This document shows positions 29,279 through 40,129 of a stretch of DNA of 64,000 nucleotides, one piece after another; position 1 is the stretch's first letter; each line of letters begins with the position of its first letter. Below the pieces are notes generated by a model. The model saw only the letters and a program-made list of their open reading frames with translations. It was not told the origin of the DNA and searched no databases. The translations under genes were made by a program, and so were the position numbers. Source of the stretch: Oopsacas minuta (taxonomy: Eukaryota; Animalia; Porifera); contig JAKMXF010000310.1 of the NCBI GenBank assembly GCA_024704765.1, forward strand, positions 186,001 through 250,000, written 5' to 3'.

Positions 29279-30901
29279 ATGGCAGTAGTAGAGAAACCAA
29301 TCGAAAATAAGATAAAACTTATAGCAACGAATGAATACCAGGAGTATGATCCTAGCAAGGAAGTATCATGCTGGGTAGACATTAAGCTTGAAGCTCCTAT
29401 CTTTGAGGAAGAGGACAATAAGCGAGCTGCCGTAGATCTGGTAGCAGTCATTGATCGTAGCGGATCCATGGGTGGAGGTAAACTGGATTTGGTAAAGAAA
29501 ACTCTCCACTTTGTGGTATCCCAATTAGCAGCTAGCGACAGAATCGCACTAATCGTATATGACGGCAATATAGATGAAATATTTCCTCTAACAAAGATAA
29601 CCTCAACCAACAAGTCACAAATTGAGAATAAGATTGATTCAGTTCAAACAGGTGGTAGCACTAACCTATGTGGAGGTTTGCTAAAAGGTATGCAGATGGT
29701 GATAGAGAGAGCAGGGGATAAAGCAGACGTAGCATCAGTCCTGCTTCTTACAGACGGACATGCTAATGCTGGAATCAGTAGCCAGGAAGGAATATTGAGA
29801 GCTATGAAAACACCTTATGATATGGGTATGATGCAGCAGCAGATGTCACCTGGGTTATTCTCTAACACTAACATAGCGATGCCACTATTTCCTCCACAAC
29901 AACCACAAATGCAACAACATATGGCTTCACCTCAACAACTCCAGCAGGCTCCACCTCAACAATTCCAGCAGGCTCCACCTCAACAACTCCAGCAGGCTTT
30001 CCCAGCTCCCCCTCCTCCCGCAATTATAGGAGGAGCCTCTCCCCTTGAACCAGCTGATAAGAAGCACCCAGGAGATTTTGAAGGTACTGTGTACACATTC
30101 GGGTTCGGGAATGATCACAATGCTAGTCTCCTAGAGGAGATCAGTAATCAAGGAAATGGTGCCTATTACTATATTGACTCACAAGAAAAAGTTCCAGAAT
30201 CATTCGCTTCCTGTCTGGGAGGTCTCCTCTCTACTGTAGGACAGAACATTACTATGACTGTAGAGATATCGAATGGGTGTGTAGTAAAGGAGTTTACAGC
30301 AAAGAATAAGCCGAAATATAACGAGGGTAGGACACGAGCAGAAGTAGCACTAGGAGACTTACAGTCAGAAGAAACTAGAGATGTTTTGATGGAACTTAAA
30401 CTGCCTGTATCACCTGCAGGAGACGTTAAGTACTGTTCAGTAGCACTGGCATACTTTAACGTCATCACTGCTGTAATGGAAACTATTAAGCTAGACTTAA
30501 CAGTAGCAAGAACTAATACTGGAAAGCCATGTGTTAGCAATCCTACTATAGACAAGGAGAGGAATAGGATTAATATAACGAATGCTATTAAGGAGGCCAG
30601 AGAGAATGCTAGTGCAGGACAATTTAAGAAAGGACGTGATATTCTGTCTGCATGTGAGAAACAAGTAAAATCTTCGGCTACTTCAGAAGACCCTCTGTGC
30701 AAGGCTATGCTAATCGATCTAGCAGACTGCCTCAGAGGCATGGAGGATGAGCAGAGCTACGCAGGGTATGGAGGCAAGAGGATGGCTAACATGGCACAGA
30801 ACTATTGTAACCAGCGAGCTAATTTTGTTCCTGATGCTATGCAGTCTCAGAATGTCATGTATCAGACTAAAGCTAAATCTGCTATGATGAAGAAATTTTA
30901 G
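29279..30901 (+). CDS. von Willebrand factor A domain protein with C-terminal Vwaint-like helical region
   Basis: MIDAS DRSGSM, GGSTNL, LLLTDG, VYTFGFG.DH, G.YYYI; architecture resembles VWA-Vwaint proteins; Q/P-rich insert. Confidence 0.8.
   Translation: MAVVEKPIENKIKLIATNEYQEYDPSKEVSCWVDIKLEAPIFEEEDNKRAAVDLVAVIDRSGSMGGGKLDLVKKTLHFVVSQLAASDRIALIVYDGNIDEIFPLTKITSTNKSQIENKIDSVQTGGSTNLCGGLLKGMQMVIERAGDKADVASVLLLTDGHANAGISSQEGILRAMKTPYDMGMMQQQMSPGLFSNTNIAMPLFPPQQPQMQQHMASPQQLQQAPPQQFQQAPPQQLQQAFPAPPPPAIIGGASPLEPADKKHPGDFEGTVYTFGFGNDHNASLLEEISNQGNGAYYYIDSQEKVPESFASCLGGLLSTVGQNITMTVEISNGCVVKEFTAKNKPKYNEGRTRAEVALGDLQSEETRDVLMELKLPVSPAGDVKYCSVALAYFNVITAVMETIKLDLTVARTNTGKPCVSNPTIDKERNRINITNAIKEARENASAGQFKKGRDILSACEKQVKSSATSEDPLCKAMLIDLADCLRGMEDEQSYAGYGGKRMANMAQNYCNQRANFVPDAMQSQNVMYQTKAKSAMMKKF
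29927..29998 (+). repeat. coding tandem repeat, 3 x 24 bp (PPQQ[L/F]QQA)
   Basis: CCACCTCAACAA(C/T)TCCAGCAGGCT x3, in frame within the VWA gene. Confidence 0.9.
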
Positions 30902-31606
30902 TTTGTAGTAATAACATTAGATAACCCTTGTGCATGTTCAGTGCTAGATTACATTAACAATAGTAGATTAGTATATTTATTTGCACTAAAGTGATATAAC
31001 TTGTATAGTTTATAGTTATGGTAAATATCTATTGAGTTATTTGAGTATGTATAATAATCGCAATGAAGTATAGAGTTAATTAAGCGATTGCTTGAATAGT
31101 AGGGAGCAGGGCAGAAATATTATTCCGAGTCATAATTGTCATCACAAGTTCGCACACAAAATGCATACGTAGATTTCCTAGTAACAAAGCTGATCAAAAC
31201 ATGTAATATACTACAGAGTATACTATATAATTATCATGCAGCAGGCCTTAGTTATGAAATAAATTACATTAAAATTTAGCTGTGTGATCATGTAACTTCT
31301 CAAATAATTGGCACCTGCATAAACCGACACTAGTTGGGACATGCCATTTTGATGGTTTAGAAAATTGTCGGATTATGTAGGAGAAATTGTATAGACGGAA
31401 GCTATTTCAGATCATAAACACTGTCGGATTAACCAAAATGTTAATAATCCATGAATATAATTAGCAGTTAATTATTATAAAGTTACACTCCAGTAAAATA
31501 GATAAACAGCAATAATGTGAAGTAAGCTGGTGGTGGAAATAATTGAAGTGAGTGATTAGGATTAATCAGCAACAGAATGCATGGTAGAGCTCAAGGTCAG
31601 CATTTA

Positions 31607-33015
31607 TTACATCACACAACTGTCATTGTTACATGGAGATGTCTCTAGGTCCATTATTGACACGTAATTAGAATTAGAATTGAAATGAGATATAAATTCA
31701 TTGTATAATGATGTTAGACTGTCAGATACCCATTCAAATGTTGTCTGTTGTATTTGTGTAGAATCGAGAAGTGTCCTTGAGTTATGAGTAGAGGAGAGGG
31801 AGTGTTTAATATTCAGCTGGTAGAGAGAAGTATCACCTAACTGTCCAAACCCAGTAAACCAAGTACCGCATACAAGACCGAAGCAAAGAACGAATACCAT
31901 GAGACAAGCTCCAGTCTGTAAATTATCAGATCTAGAACCTTTTGCGAGTTTTGATTCCCGTCTGAATTTCTTGACCTCTGTCTCTAAAGCTTGTTTTTCT
32001 CTCTCTATCCGGTTCATCCTTTCCTCAAGAGAACTCACTTGCTTCTCAAAATCTGCTACTTTCGTTTCTAGCTCACTCACGTATTCCTTCTTCCTTCGTC
32101 GATTCTCCATAGCAGCTTGTTTGTTCTTTAGCTTACGTCTCACATCCTTAAGAGCATTCTGCTCGATCTTTGTGAGGGGGAGGGTGGTGGGGATAGGTAG
32201 TCCTGCTGTGTGTAGAGCTTCAATCTCTTCCTCCGTCAATTTTACTTGAGACTTAGAGAACTTATCTATCATCCCGTCAATAACACGAGTCACACTAGTC
32301 ACTACTCCAGGACTCTTCTGTTTGTTATTGTTCAATGTAGGATCCTATAATATAACAATAATACATTATTACTTATGTATTGAACAAAAACAATGTTACT
32401 TACATACGGAGGAGATGAAATATTCTCAGAAGACATGCTCTCATATCCATGATCGGAATTGATCTGAGATGTATTATCTCTCTGTCCACGAGTACGTTTC
32501 CTCTGAACTACAGGAGGGCTTGGATCCTCTTGATAAGTGTGGGTATACTTTCTACGTTCGTTCCCTATTTTCGTTGTTGGGCTATCTGTCAGTGAAGCAG
32601 GGGAATCATCAGGACTAAAGACTGGAGAACTGGCCTGACTAGATTGTGTGATGGAAGATTCAACTGTGCTGGAAGGTTGAGTATCTTGTAGAGGATATTC
32701 TGGGAAAGTGAATGGTTGGTAGTTCAGATCTGTTTCTGGATAAACAGGATCCTCAAACTGCTTCCAGAGTAGGTCTCCTTCCTGACTGAATGAAAAAGGA
32801 TCTGAATTGAACTGATAACAATCTTGACTTGGATAATACTGACTATCCTGATATTCTTCTGAGTTATAAGATTCAAATGCCTCCATCCAGTTTAGCATGT
32901 AATCTGCATCTCTCACTCCATCCCCACATGTTGTATTGAGAGCTGAGGGGAGGGGATGGAGGAACATATCAGCTGTAATTTGATCTGATTCATAAGAGTA
33001 TATTTCTCCAGACAT
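31607..33015 (-). CDS. CREB3/OASIS-family membrane-tethered bZIP transcription factor; exons 33015-32404 and 32344-31607
   Basis: LTEEE...G.PIPTTLPLTK.E..ALK.VRRK.KNK..A...RR.KKEYV..LE bZIP signature, TM segment GACLMVFVLCFG, luminal RTLL site-1 protease motif; 59-bp in-frame intron. Confidence 0.88.
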
Positions 33016-33331
33016 TGTATAGTAATCCTCTTGTTAAAAACTGAATAGAAAATCCAATATATATATTCAACAAAATCAAACTCAATCCTGTTCTTAAAAT
33101 AATTATATATTGCAAAGTTGTCGATTATAAATATGGAAGTAATAATAAGCAATTTAGGTTCAGAGCAAACCACTCAACGTAGCGCATATGAAGTCATAAC
33201 GTAATCTAAATTTAGCTGAGTTTAGTGTGATCAAATTGTCTAATAAACTATAGTATTAATTAATAATAATTAGTACAACGGATACTATATAAATAGAATT
33301 ATTAGGTTACTAATTTTAGAATATTTATCAG

Positions 33332-34348
33332 TTATGTTTTGTGAATTATCCCCAGTATGTTTCTATCTGTCTTCACAAAGCAATCTACACTACATACTGC
33401 TGTACTAAGTGGTAGGTTTGAAATCGAAGAGGTAGGAGAGATTTTCTTAGATTTAACAAAACGCACACATTCTATAAACGTGAAGTAGAAATGTTTGTTA
33501 CAAATAGAACACATCTCAGCATAAAGCAGTGCATCAGTGATACTCTTATCTAGTGTAGAATGTATATCAGGAGTGAGAAGGTGTTTTGAGTCGTTATGAT
33601 TGAGTATAGCTCTTAGACTCAGCTCTTTCAGTAGCAGTACCTCTTTGACTGGTATCCCATCAACAGGTCTCTCCTGTAGCAGACTATTCTGCTCTATATA
33701 CAACTCTCTGAGACGTTTGCACTTAGAGAGTTGCGAAGGAAGGAGCATCATATTATTGATAGACAGATCTAATACAGTTAAGCTAGTACAGAAGCCTATA
33801 GTATAAGGTAGATTCACAAGTTTGTTACGATACATTATTAGTTTCTGAAGTGACTTCAGCTCTCCCAGTTCGTAAGGAAGAGACCGCAAATAGTTATCTG
33901 CCAAGTTCAGTTCTTTCAGGTTTCTCAGCTTACCGATGGTACGTGGTAAGGCCTGTAGTCTGTTTCTATGTAAACTCAGATGTGTAATACTATGTAGCTC
34001 CCCAATACTATCAGGTAGATATTCTATTTTGTTATCATTTAAGTTCAGTAAAGTGAGGGAGGTGAGGGTGTGAATAGAGACTGGTAATATAGTGATGTTA
34101 TTATTGAATAGATGCAATGTTTTTAATTGAGATAGTGTTGTCAGCACGTATGGAAATGTAGAGAAGGAGTTTGATCCTAAGTTTATGTGTTCCAGATGAG
34201 TGAGTAGATCAATATGATCAGGTAGGAAAGAGATCTGGTTGCCTCTAGCAGAGATGAGTCGCAGTTGATTAAAAATAGATAAATCTGGTAATTCTGATAT
34301 ACCACGACAGTCTAAAGTTAGTGAGGGTCTGTTTGGTTTTCTGAGCAT
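33332..34348 (-). CDS. leucine-rich repeat protein, LRRC69-like
   Basis: Tandem LxxLxLxxNxL repeats, LKELSLRAI cap, C-terminal CSIC...FIECVRFV...CSVDCF. Confidence 0.75.
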   Translation of the reverse strand: MLRKPNRPSLTLDCRGISELPDLSIFNQLRLISARGNQISFLPDHIDLLTHLEHINLGSNSFSTFPYVLTTLSQLKTLHLFNNNITILPVSIHTLTSLTLLNLNDNKIEYLPDSIGELHSITHLSLHRNRLQALPRTIGKLRNLKELNLADNYLRSLPYELGELKSLQKLIMYRNKLVNLPYTIGFCTSLTVLDLSINNMMLLPSQLSKCKRLRELYIEQNSLLQERPVDGIPVKEVLLLKELSLRAILNHNDSKHLLTPDIHSTLDKSITDALLYAEMCSICNKHFYFTFIECVRFVKSKKISPTSSISNLPLSTAVCSVDCFVKTDRNILGIIHKT

Positions 34349-34668
34349 TAAATTACTACATAGCCATAATAAACTATTCTCTCTATATATAAATTGATGC
34401 TACGTACCTATTTCAGGAGTAATAAATATTAAGAAAGATATGATTATGCTGGTACACTACAAACAAAAGAATGTATATTGTTGTTAATCTGCTGGAATAA
34501 GTGTTAAAAGATCCCAAAAAGTTACAATTGATAATATATTACTGCTTTGAATAGAGCCGATCGATATCAATAAAAGAAAGTAGCAATGATATGCTCACCA
34601 GCACCACCGCTTTATAATAATACCCTGAGGGGATCATTAGTTAATTATTCACAAAACTTCTTGATTAA

Positions 34669-34796
34669 CCGATTACTGCCAGAAAATGTGTGATTTATGA
34701 CGTCAAAAAAGGTGCTAAAATCCGAATTGGCAAAACGAAGTGGTAAAATTTTAGCGTTGCTTTTCATTACGAATTTAACACTTCGGCCATAATCGG
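34669..34796. mobile_element. piggyBac-like MITE (TTAA-flanked)
   Basis: TTAA on both sides (34665-68, 34797-800), TIR CCGATTA..GCC; related copies at 53468-53607 and 48085. Confidence 0.65.
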
Positions 34797-35180
34797 TTAA
34801 TAATAAGGTTAGATCCTCCCGATTATTAAATTTGAAGAAAGGATAAACGTCTCAATCTTGTACTCAGAAAGTGCTATTTGTAGAATTATTTAATCAAAAA
34901 AGTAATAGCAATCATTTTTGACCAAAAAGGGATAAATCTGCATTATGACAGATCTTATGCCAAATATGACCCTTAAACGTAGCCATGTCAACAATTTATA
35001 GAAAATATGAAACTCTGAATTAATACTTTAGCTTTAGTTTTCACCCGACTATATCAATCCAAAAAGTAATACGTACATCTGTCAATAGCATCATATACGT
35101 ACTTAGTACGATAATTATTTATTAAGCATAGTATACTATGTTTAATAAATAATTATCATTAACGGGCTCCTATGTCGAAC

Positions 35181-35338
35181 AATAACAAGATGATCTTGTT
35201 GATAAAATCTAAAATTGCAATCTGTGCTGACAGCTTAGTCCATTAAATAGACTTGTTAATGACACTTTAAAATTTATTAACTAAGCTGTCAGCACAGATT
35301 GTAATTGTAGATTTTAATAACAAGATCATCTTGTTATT
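35181..35338. repeat. long near-perfect inverted repeat (foldback), 59-bp arms, 40-bp loop
   Basis: Arm 35181-35239 is the reverse complement of 35280-35338 with about 4 mismatches. Confidence 0.9.
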
Positions 35339-35510
35339 CTCAATCTACTCTGAAAATTTCATCCCTTAATCTATTATGATTTTGGCTATGCACCGTCTAC
35401 GGTTAAAGAAAAATATAGGCGGTGATTCAATACTAGTCCACTATACTATATAGCCGGCACAGTAAAAAGAAAATAATAAACCTATTACAAACAAGGACAA
35501 TAAATAGAAT

Positions 35511-37571
35511 TCATAAATATAAATCTATATCTATATCTATTTCCAAATTCATAGATACAAGTTTCTGAAGATATTTGATAAAGGAATAGCGAGTTATCCC
35601 TCCAGAGGTGCACGGTCCGTCTGGTCTTTGAATGCATTTCAGTTTCAAAATTAAGTCTCTACTTCCTGGATTCAAAATATCTGCATTCATCATAATTCTT
35701 TCATAAATATTCAATTCTCTTATTTCTTCTAAGTAATAGTTAGAAGCTTCTATCTTCATATTAGTACTAACACCTCTAGCTCTGTGAATAGTTTCTATAA
35801 TTATTTCAAAATTGAATTTAGAACCGATACTAATAGCACATTTAGAATATTTACAGATATCCTCATCTCCTTCTCCCTCCCAGGTATCACAGTCTTCTTT
35901 GGATAGCGTGCCTTGTCCAAACAGACATTTGAGTCCATCACCTAGATACACTAGTGGGAGTTTATTGAAGTAATACTCCATAGCATTCTCACGACTCTTC
36001 ATACTAACAGATAGAACTCTTCCCTCCACGGATACACTCCTACCAGCTAGATGCAGACATTTTAGCTGATATTTAGCCTCATTAACGTTATCCCAGCCTT
36101 CAGGGGGAGTACACCATTCATAATAGTTGTCCCAGGTGAGCGGAGGTAGTCTCCCAGAGCTGTGAATTAAGCCCTTAACAACACTGATTAATAACAGTAA
36201 TGCTAGCCCCACCCACAAAACACGAGTGAATGTTACATCAAATGGATCAATCGACAGGAACCAATCGTATATCCAGTGCTTAGTAAGGAATTGTGAAATT
36301 AGAATAGATAGTATAGTCAGTAATAAGAAGACACCAATACTCAACAAGCTGTATGACTGATAAAAGAATATTACGTGGAATAGTAGAGGTAATATCAAGT
36401 GGATTATGTAATTCCTTAATATGAAAATGATAAGAATGACTAATAACACTAGTGAGAATCCTTTAATAGACGCACTATCTAAAGAGGAGTATTGTCGTGC
36501 TACGAAGAATGTCTGTCCCCACAAGAGGAAGAACACATGCGGCCAAATCCTCAGTCCTAATCCATGCCCCACATATCTATACACAACCCATACAAATGAT
36601 AAGATGATTAACGTCAGTAGAATAACAGGTTGTAACGCATGTACTTCAATGTTAATAAGATAGAATAGAGCTAGTAAGCCAGGTAGCTTATTATGTCTTG
36701 CTATTAGTTGTGATGTAGAGCTGAGTATTAGGAAGAGAAGAGAGATAGCAGTTATTACACTAGAACCTGTCTCACTGACTGGTACTGACAGCAAGTACAC
36801 TATACAAGAGATAAGGAATACCAAATAAGATAGAGAAGATTTGCTTCTGAAATAATTAGTAAGAAAATTTTTTAAATCCTCTTTCACGGCTATTCTGGGA
36901 ATTATATTCTTTGAAGTGAATAACAGATCGAAGTTAGCTAGGATAATACGGTAGGAGTACACTGTCATGACACCGAAAGAGATGTACGTCATTGCCAGGG
37001 GTAGGATAGTTGAGAATATTCTGGGTTGTAACATTATATTGTACATGTAGAGAATGAATAACATGTGAAGTTCTTTGGATAAAGAAACTCTATTCAGGAA
37101 TAGTTTAACGCTAAAATGTTGTGCATTGGAGAGGCAGGACTTCGCTATTTCATAGAGACACAGTCTAGGAAATTTGAAGATTTTCTTAAATATTCCTGCT
37201 TCATTAAATTCACTCCATTCTGTGACATAACGAGATTGCTCATATGAAATGAATGAGGTTGTTAGAAACCCAGTATTCCCTCCTATAGCATCTTCAAACG
37301 CGACCTTAACGTCATCCCTAGTATAATCCTCTGTATCATTCTTCTTATGAACAAACCATTCTACAAATTCCTTCTGAGATGAAATAGTCAGTGCTTCGTT
37401 AGGGTTGATGGAGGGACCTACAGTCTCTTGAGGTTCTATTGCATCATCCATAGTATCATCTACTGAGTCAGGATGTGATACATATCCTATCCGGTTTCTT
37501 GAGTCTCGTCTCTTGAAATTTACTCTTCGTAACCCAGCCCATGCTGCGTCAATGCTTTTTTCAATATCCAT
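35511..37571 (-). CDS. WFS1: wolframin-like ER membrane protein, single exon
   Basis: Multi-TM core followed by LTWDNYYEWC...AKYQLKCLHLAGRSVSVEGRV, matching the WFS1 luminal motif LTWQQY..LC....TQILCSHLEGH.V.W.G.F. Confidence 0.82.
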   Translation of the reverse strand: MDIEKSIDAAWAGLRRVNFKRRDSRNRIGYVSHPDSVDDTMDDAIEPQETVGPSINPNEALTISSQKEFVEWFVHKKNDTEDYTRDDVKVAFEDAIGGNTGFLTTSFISYEQSRYVTEWSEFNEAGIFKKIFKFPRLCLYEIAKSCLSNAQHFSVKLFLNRVSLSKELHMLFILYMYNIMLQPRIFSTILPLAMTYISFGVMTVYSYRIILANFDLLFTSKNIIPRIAVKEDLKNFLTNYFRSKSSLSYLVFLISCIVYLLSVPVSETGSSVITAISLLFLILSSTSQLIARHNKLPGLLALFYLINIEVHALQPVILLTLIILSFVWVVYRYVGHGLGLRIWPHVFFLLWGQTFFVARQYSSLDSASIKGFSLVLLVILIIFILRNYIIHLILPLLFHVIFFYQSYSLLSIGVFLLLTILSILISQFLTKHWIYDWFLSIDPFDVTFTRVLWVGLALLLLISVVKGLIHSSGRLPPLTWDNYYEWCTPPEGWDNVNEAKYQLKCLHLAGRSVSVEGRVLSVSMKSRENAMEYYFNKLPLVYLGDGLKCLFGQGTLSKEDCDTWEGEGDEDICKYSKCAISIGSKFNFEIIIETIHRARGVSTNMKIEASNYYLEEIRELNIYERIMMNADILNPGSRDLILKLKCIQRPDGPCTSGGITRYSFIKYLQKLVSMNLEIDIDIDLYL

Positions 37572-37676
37572 ATAAAGTTAGCTATTGCTATTAAGTTAAC
37601 GTTACTTATTGCTAACGAATGAGGCCTGATAATATAATAAAAGTGTGACAAGTACAGTGGGTAACACTTATAAGAA

Positions 37677-38116
37677 TCTATAATATTTAAATCTCAATTG
37701 TTGTCTGTCTGTATATTTGTTTGTTTGTTTGTTTGTTTGTTTGTCCATTGTCAAGGAAAGGATTTATGGTATGCAATTTGAAATTGTTGCACAACTATGT
37801 GTTTATCGTGTTTATCAAGGAAGTAAATAGAATTCAATATAACTTCACTTATTATATCGAACATGCTGAAACCGATTTTCACACATTCGGATTAATCATA
37901 TATAAATTTATTGTTGTTTTTTATGAATATAAAGTAAACAAATTTCAAAATTGAGGTAGAATCATTCTTTCAACGATTCTACTGGGTTAATCGAGTATGC
38001 TAAGTCTGATTATTATAAACAACATCAATATTATTAAATCTCAATTGTTGTTTGTCTGTTGAAACTTCGAGGCGTAATGCGCCAAGTTCATCGCAAAGCG
38101 ATGAGCCAAAGGCTGG
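37677..38116 (+). mobile_element. non-autonomous Helitron-like element (copy 2)
   Basis: A|TC start, expanded (TTTG)n, 3' hairpin and CTGG|T end; homologous to 5284-5675. Confidence 0.7.
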
Positions 38117-38131
38117 TACTATGTATATTTA

Positions 38132-38277
38132 TAGGGCTCTCAACCTGGAAACCTTCAAAATCGTGAGATTCGTCAAAAATCTATCCTAAGATGTGCAATT
38201 TAGTATTAGTTTTCTGTGAAAAGACCAGGGATTCTGCAGTATTTAAAGGCCCGAGATCGTGAGAATTGAGAGCCCTG
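38132..38277. mobile_element. MITE with 12-bp TIR (hAT-like termini)
   Basis: TAGGGCTCTCAA ... TTGAGAGCCCTG. Confidence 0.5.
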
Positions 38278-38629
38278 ATGTTTATTTTTTGTTTTTATGA
38301 ATTAAAGTAAACAAGTTTCTAAATATTTCCAGGAGCTTAGTTTCAACGGTTCTTTCAACGTGCTCACATGCAAATGATAGTTGTTCTAATGGAAAATTCT
38401 AAGATCGGTGCCGAGTTAGATGCAAACACTTTGCGAACACTTGTGTTCGCAAGCCACGCAGTGCGAGCAAGCAAAGTTGTTCGTAAATTATAAGAATAAT
38501 CAAAGGAAAAAATTTTATTTTTAATAATAAAACATAAATTACATAATACAAATTACGAAAGGTTTAGGAATCTAAAATCCTAGGAATAGGTATAAATAGA
38601 AATATATTGGAATTAGAGATACATTGAAA

Positions 38630-39290
38630 AATACATTCTAAACAACCATCCATTGTCCCTAACATTAGATTGTAGAAACCATCCTTACACGCGTTGCACT
38701 GTCCTGAATCCTGATACAGTGTTACAATCCGCAGTTATAGAGCCGGACAAGTCACAATTACAAGGTGAACTCCTATAAATAGAGTTACTAACTAAAGGTT
38801 AACAGAATTATCAATCTTAAAATTAAAATTTCCTATGCCGACAAGTATTGCATCTTCTCCCTCCCACGTTATTTGACATTCATATTGACCTGTTGATTTA
38901 TCACATATTCCAAACACATATCTACATCACTAAGGGAACTGTTAGGATTTATGTAGAACATGTCCGCACATATTTCACAATGTATTCCTATAGTATCGTC
39001 CATAGTAAGGTTTGTAAGAAGTAAAGTGTAGAGCTAAGGTATCGAGCTCTACCATAGTCGGAAGAGACAGTGTTAGATTAACTGTGTCAGGAGGGTAGAT
39101 ACCAGTCTCACTAAGCCAAGTTGTAGCTCCTGAAACTACATCTAAGTCAGTGAGATATGAAACAGGATGAGATGAGTTGTCAAAACGACTGTCACAAGTT
39201 TAACAACAGTTAACTTCAATTATAGATTGCCTTACAGAGTATCCTATAGGGCCATTTACACCACATGTAGATTTTGAAGTTACTTCTCTC
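38630..39290 (-). pseudogene. laminin-family (LN + LE domain) pseudogene fragment
   Basis: Hand translation gives STCGVNGP...TCD...HPVSYLTD...TTW.SE...VNLTLSL (laminin N-terminal domain) with an in-frame TAA at 39200-39202, then LE pieces TIGIHCEICADMFY and PCNCDLSGS..DC..VSG / QCNACKDGFYNL...DGCLEC, with internal deletions. Confidence 0.75.
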
Positions 39291-39320
39291 TTAAAAGACA
39301 AGCTTGTAATAATTGGATAG

Positions 39321-39632
39321 TAAGGCATTAGTCGATCGTGTTAAACAAGATCGCGATCGCGATCCCGATCTCGATCATATTTCCGATCGTTTGTGTAATA
39401 TTCAAGACATATATTTTTGATAGTTACATCATTTCTTATGCCAAAAGTAACATAGGTGGAGAATCAACACATTCTACGAACGAATATTACTGATTGTTGA
39501 ACACAAATTTGGAACAATTACCTAAGTATAAATCGAAAAAATGATCGAAAATTTTTGTACAAAAAGGATCGCGATCTTACATCCGATCCTTAATAAAACA
39601 GCGATCAATGATCGTACGATCCTAATGCCCTA
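39321..39632. mobile_element. hAT-like GATC-rich MITE
   Basis: TIR TA(A/G)GGCATTAG..GATCGT; 8-bp TSD TTGGATAG / TTGGATAA. Confidence 0.7.
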
Positions 39633-40129
39633 TTGGATAACAAGAAATAGCTTGTGCTGTGTCTTCATAACAAGATTATTGTAAGTGTAAAGTGAGTGAA
39701 GATTATTAGCAGGAATAATACCAGCGAGAATATACGAGACATTAGTAATTACGATTACTTTATTGATAAACTAGTATTATTTATATTAATTTAGAGATTG
39801 AAGTAATTGAAAATAAATCAAATTAATGCAAGGGAGAGGCAATGAAATTCTGATTAATAATAGGTACGCAAAGTTCGGATAATTTGAATTCATAACCTAT
39901 ATCATTAAAGGAGAATGATCACGTGTAAATTGTGAGTACGTACGTGGTTAAATGGTAACCGTCTTAGCGCACTTTTGCTTTTATGGAATGTTTGTCTATC
40001 TAGAATATGATGCATGTATTTAGATAAAACAAATTTCTATGTCTTATTGTGAGTGCAATTATATTGTGCTAAGGATTTTGTTACGTCAAAATTAAAATAT
40101 TATGTAATAATAATTAAATAATTAAATAA

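Noticed and set aside
29260-32249. Antisense ORFs over the VWA and bZIP genes (and similar ones over other genes)
   Set aside because: Shadow ORFs of real coding sequence on the opposite strand.
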